Positions 60,541 through 64,000 of a stretch of DNA of 64,000 bases are shown one piece after another (position 1 is the first letter of the stretch; the number at the start of each line of letters is the position of its first letter). Position numbers and translations under genes: made by a program. The stretch lies in NCBI GenBank assembly GCA_023266935.1, contig JAHFOF010000002.1:68623-132622 (forward strand), given 5' to 3'. Source of the DNA: a bacterium (GTDB lineage: Bacteria; Patescibacteriota; Minisyncoccia; Phycocordibacterales; Zambryskibacteraceae). A model generated the notes under the pieces. The model had not been told where the DNA came from. It did no database searches and saw nothing but the letters and a program-made list of their open reading frames with translations.

Positions 60541-62693
60541 AGCAAGTAAATATTAATCTAGAAAATTGTTATGGAATAACAAAATTAAAAAAGGATTTTG
60601 ATTTTTTAAATGGAAACGTTTATGCCATTTATTCTCCAAATGGAACGATGAAGACTTCATTTGCTAATACTTTTAAAGATATAAGTAAAGTTTTATTAAC
60701 TACGGATAGGGTGTTTCGTAGACCAAATGTGCGTGATATAAAAAAAGAGAACAATGTTGATCTTTCTCCAGAAGAAATTTTCGTAATCGAACCATATAAC
60801 GAATACTTCGTTTCGTCTAGAATTTCCACTCTTCTTGTAAATAAGAGATTAAAAAACGATTATGAAAATATTTATATAAAGATTGATGAAGCAAAAGAAA
60901 AATTATTTAAGAAAATATCTAAAATGTCTGGTCTGAAATCTTCGTTAGAGGAAGAAATTTCTATTTCTTTTACCGGGGAAGAGGGTAATTTTTTCGATGT
61001 TTTAGAAACTATTAAACCCTATGTGGCAGATTTATCTGAACCAGTATATTCTCAAGTATCTTATAAGGAAATTTTTAACGAAAAAGTTTTAAATTTTTTG
61101 AACATGGAAAATGTCAAAGAAAATATTTCTAGTTATATAACAAAATACAATGAATTAATTGAATCATCTACCTATTTCAAAAAAGGTGTTTTTAATCATA
61201 ATAACGCATCTGCAGTTTCAAAAAATTTAAAGGATAATGGTTTTTTTGAAGCGGAACATTTCATTTCGTTACATGGTCAAAGCGAAGATCAAAGAGTTAA
61301 TAACAAAGAAGAATTCGATAGGATTATAGAACAAGAGAAAAATATTATTTTAAACAATACAGAATTATTAGCTTCCTTTGAAAACATAGATAAAATTCTT
61401 ACTAAAAATGAAGAGTTACGTAGTTTCAGAGAATTTTTAACAAATAATACGGGTATTATTCTAGAACTACTTGAAATTGAAGAACTTAAGAAAAAAATAT
61501 GGTTATCATATTTTAAAACTCACAAAGATTTATATATAAATCTGATTACAGAATATGAAGAAGCTAAAGAAAATTTAAAAAATATAATTGCTCAAGCAAA
61601 ATTGGAAATAACTCGATGGAGAAAGGTGGTTGATATTTTTAACAAAAGATTTTTTGTACCATTTAAGTTAGAAATAGCAAACCAAGAGGACGTTATCTTA
61701 AAGCAAGTGGCTCCATTTATATCATTTGTTTTTAAGGATTTTATTTCTGAGACTCCAATTGAACAAGCCGAGTTAGTTACGATATTAAGTACTGGAGAAA
61801 AGCATGCTTTATATATACTTAACGTAATTTTTGAATTTGAAGGGAGAATTGAAACGGGACAAGAAACACTTTTTATTGTGGATGATATCGCTGATTCTTT
61901 TGATTATAAAAACAAGTATGCAATCATAGAATATTTAAAAGAAATTTCTAATATTAATATATTTAATCAGATTATTCTAACTCACAATTTTGATTTCTTT
62001 AGAACTATACAGAGTAGGCTTAATCTATCTCGAGATACAAAAGTTTTAATGGTTGAAAAAACTCTCAGCGGCGTGAATCTAGTCAAAGCAGAATATTTCA
62101 ACCCTTTTAATTACTGGATGGATCATTTGAACGAGGATAAAAAATTTATAGCATCTATAGCTTTTTCAAGAAATATTATTAATTATATAGTTGGAGAGGA
62201 TGATCAGGACTATCTTAAACTGACGTCTCTTCTACATATAAAATCAGATACAGATTCAATAACCAAAATAGATGTAGAAAGTATATATAAAAAATTTTTT
62301 CCAAAACAATCAAACTTAAATCTATTGAAACCAAACGATAAAATTATAGATTTGATATTTTCATTGGCTGAAGTTTGTTTATTAGATCCAGAAGGAATAA
62401 ATCTTGAAAATAAAATAATTCTTTCTATTGCAATAAGACTCAAGGCCGAAAAGTTCATGCTAAGCAAACTAACAGATAAGAATTATGCAAATAAAAATCA
62501 AACTAGAGAATTTTTTGATAGATATAATGTAGAGTTTGGGAATACAGAACTAGAGAAAGTTAAAATTCTAGAGAGAGTTAATTTGATAACTCCTGAAAAT
62601 ATACACCTGAATTCTTTTATGTACGAGCCAATTCTAGACATATCAGATGTTCATCTCAAGGAATTGTATAATGATGTTAAGGTGATGCAATGA
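60525..62693 (+). CDS. PrrC/RloC-like (AAA_13-type) ABC ATPase with coiled-coil insert and C-terminal effector-like domain; degenerate Walker A
   Basis: N-terminal VNINLEN...NVYAIYSPNGTMKTSF (PrrC-like IYGxNGSGKTT with GK changed to MK). Coiled-coil middle, ABC signature LSTGEK, Walker B LFIVDD, H-loop ILTHN, about 250-aa C-terminal domain with R-x3-E. Confidence 0.5.
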   Translation: MYENMKQVNINLENCYGITKLKKDFDFLNGNVYAIYSPNGTMKTSFANTFKDISKVLLTTDRVFRRPNVRDIKKENNVDLSPEEIFVIEPYNEYFVSSRISTLLVNKRLKNDYENIYIKIDEAKEKLFKKISKMSGLKSSLEEEISISFTGEEGNFFDVLETIKPYVADLSEPVYSQVSYKEIFNEKVLNFLNMENVKENISSYITKYNELIESSTYFKKGVFNHNNASAVSKNLKDNGFFEAEHFISLHGQSEDQRVNNKEEFDRIIEQEKNIILNNTELLASFENIDKILTKNEELRSFREFLTNNTGIILELLEIEELKKKIWLSYFKTHKDLYINLITEYEEAKENLKNIIAQAKLEITRWRKVVDIFNKRFFVPFKLEIANQEDVILKQVAPFISFVFKDFISETPIEQAELVTILSTGEKHALYILNVIFEFEGRIETGQETLFIVDDIADSFDYKNKYAIIEYLKEISNINIFNQIILTHNFDFFRTIQSRLNLSRDTKVLMVEKTLSGVNLVKAEYFNPFNYWMDHLNEDKKFIASIAFSRNIINYIVGEDDQDYLKLTSLLHIKSDTDSITKIDVESIYKKFFPKQSNLNLLKPNDKIIDLIFSLAEVCLLDPEGINLENKIILSIAIRLKAEKFMLSKLTDKNYANKNQTREFFDRYNVEFGNTELEKVKILERVNLITPENIHLNSFMYEPILDISDVHLKELYNDVKVMQ

Positions 62694-62760
62694 TCCTACT
62701 TATATGAATCAAATCAAACTCGGTTTATACAAACATACAAAGGAAATAAAATAAAAAATT

Positions 62761-63099
62761 ATGCGCGTTTGGGACATTCATCCAAAACATTTGTGTAGGA
62801 AACATCTACTCGCCGAACATCGCGAGCTTCATGGGTTGTGGAACATTCTGACCAAACACAAGGCGAAGGGTGGATATTCAAGGCATCCGGAGACCTTGCG
62901 CTGGGTGGGCAAAGAGCGCGCACTCTACGAGAGGCACGAGGCCTTGGTGAAGGAGTTCATGAAGCGGGGATACAAGCACCACACTCCACTGGATAAACGG
63001 CTGGCCAAGGGTGTGGGTGGTCAGAAAGTTTTCATAAACACCGTAGCCGAGCAAAGAATAATTTTAAGAGCCAAGCCGTGCGAGTGTTTTATGGATTGA
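62761..63099 (+). CDS. pyrimidine-dimer DNA glycosylase (T4 endonuclease V-like, Pyr_excise) family protein
   Basis: MRVWDIHP...LLAEHRELHGLW resembles the T4 endoV N-terminus (LMAEYRELPRV); GC-rich relative to its neighbours. Confidence 0.5.
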   Translation: MRVWDIHPKHLCRKHLLAEHRELHGLWNILTKHKAKGGYSRHPETLRWVGKERALYERHEALVKEFMKRGYKHHTPLDKRLAKGVGGQKVFINTVAEQRIILRAKPCECFMD

Positions 63100-63123
63100 A
63101 CCGTAGTCGGTGAGTAAAAAATT

Positions 63124-63624
63124 ATGCAAAATAATATGATTAAAAAAATAGTATTGGCAGGTGGTTGTTTTTGGGGACTGGAGGATTTAATCAGAAAACA
63201 ACCCGGAGTGGTGAACACTACGACCGGCTACACCGGCGGAGCGGTCATTAACCCAACATACGAGAACCATGAGGGTCATGCAGAAGCAGTAGAAATAGAA
63301 TACGACCCGCTCGAAACCTCCCATAAAAAATTGTTGGATTTTTTCTTTCAGATTCATAACCCCACGACCTTGAATCAGCAGGGTAATGACCGAGGCACTT
63401 CCTATCGTTCAGCTATTTTTTATGGGAGCAATGAAGAAAAGAAGGAAGCCGAGGATTTTATTGTGCTGGTAAATGAATCCAAACGCTGGAAGGACCCTGT
63501 GGTGACCACACTCGAACCACTAGGAAAGTTTTACCCCGCAGAGGAATATCATCAAGATTATTTACAGAAAAACCCCGGCGGATATACGTGCCACGCCATA
63601 TATTTTGACAGCTATCTAAAATAA
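63124..63624 (+). CDS. msrA: peptide methionine (S)-S-oxide reductase MsrA
   Basis: GGCFWG active site. Confidence 0.9.
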   Translation: MQNNMIKKIVLAGGCFWGLEDLIRKQPGVVNTTTGYTGGAVINPTYENHEGHAEAVEIEYDPLETSHKKLLDFFFQIHNPTTLNQQGNDRGTSYRSAIFYGSNEEKKEAEDFIVLVNESKRWKDPVVTTLEPLGKFYPAEEYHQDYLQKNPGGYTCHAIYFDSYLK

Positions 63625-63650
63625 TCTTCACAACTTCGTCGTCAGCTTAA

Positions 63651-63902
63651 TCATCTCCCCCACCTCCACTTCGGCTTCTCGCCTTTCAAATAACAAATAA
63701 TAATTAATGGGATGGAGAGAATAATAAAATAAAATCCAAAGTTGATAAGAAAATCGCTCCCAGAATGAGACCAAACATTAAAATACATCCCAACCTTTAA
63801 TAGAGCGAGAACATACAGCAAGATTATAACCCAGCCTTGCCAGGAAACCGGGTACCACCCCCAACCATACATCTTCGCCCTAAACCAAAGTTTGTTTTTC
63901 AT
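63651..63902 (-). CDS. small membrane protein
   Basis: 83 aa, 2 TM. Confidence 0.35.
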   Translation of the reverse strand: MKNKLWFRAKMYGWGWYPVSWQGWVIILLYVLALLKVGMYFNVWSHSGSDFLINFGFYFIILSIPLIIICYLKGEKPKWRWGR

Positions 63903-64000
63903 AGATTAATCATACCAAATAGAAAAGTGTAGAATGGGTATATGAATTTAAATGACAATCTCTCTAGTGCCTTTAGGATTTTGCCGACCCAAGAGAAAGC

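Noticed and set aside
63942-64000. Start of an ORF (MNLNDNLSSAFRILPTQEK...) at the window end
   Set aside because: Only 19 codons visible; cannot be assigned.

Overview
AT-rich (~40% GC by eye), gene-dense bacterial window with small genes and many short membrane or secreted proteins. It is consistent with a small-genome bacterium, possibly Patescibacteria/CPR-like, at low confidence. Genetic code 11 is supported because RF2 is present. The core content is a phosphoketolase–acetate kinase pair, RRM protein, msrB, alkA-like glycosylase, cyclophilin, GGDEF, LemA/TPM, a huge Ser/Thr-rich surface protein and a metzincin-like lipoprotein. It continues with secG, a family-5 solute-binding protein, RNase J, a cell-envelope cluster (PAP2, double GT4, alpha/beta hydrolase, DedA), rsuA, a pgsA-like gene and a MarR-regulated MacAB-type tripartite efflux operon. 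The rest is ftsEX, prfB, gatCA, ligA, a complete type IV pilus locus (pilM-N-O, pilB, pilT, pilC, pilA, pilD and four minor pilins), comFC, msrA and eight tRNA genes. Five things are not ordinary. (1) A tRNA-Ser(GCU)-adjacent AT-rich defense island carries a beta-class DNA MTase, a PD-(D/E)xK endonuclease, a stand-alone KTSC domain protein and a 722-aa PrrC/RloC-like ABC ATPase with a degenerate Walker A. (2) A hotspot at tRNA-Asp holds a small GIY-YIG gene wedged between a hairpin-interrupted partial tRNA copy and the intact tRNA. It is followed by an integron-like array of two gene cassettes, each preceded by a 166-nt direct repeat that ends in a tRNA-Asp 3'-end-like core. (3) A 36-nt double-hairpin motif occurs three times, always just 5' of a gene, with compensatory stem changes; one copy interrupts a duplicated tRNA-Ser 5' fragment. 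(4) A perfect 20-bp GC-rich palindrome is inserted in-frame into three unrelated genes including prfB. (5) Several GC-rich foreign-looking segments stand out: next to tRNA-Ser(GGA), between ftsE and prfB, a Pyr_excise gene, and a structured GC-rich intergenic candidate ncRNA before pgsA. No CRISPR array was seen.
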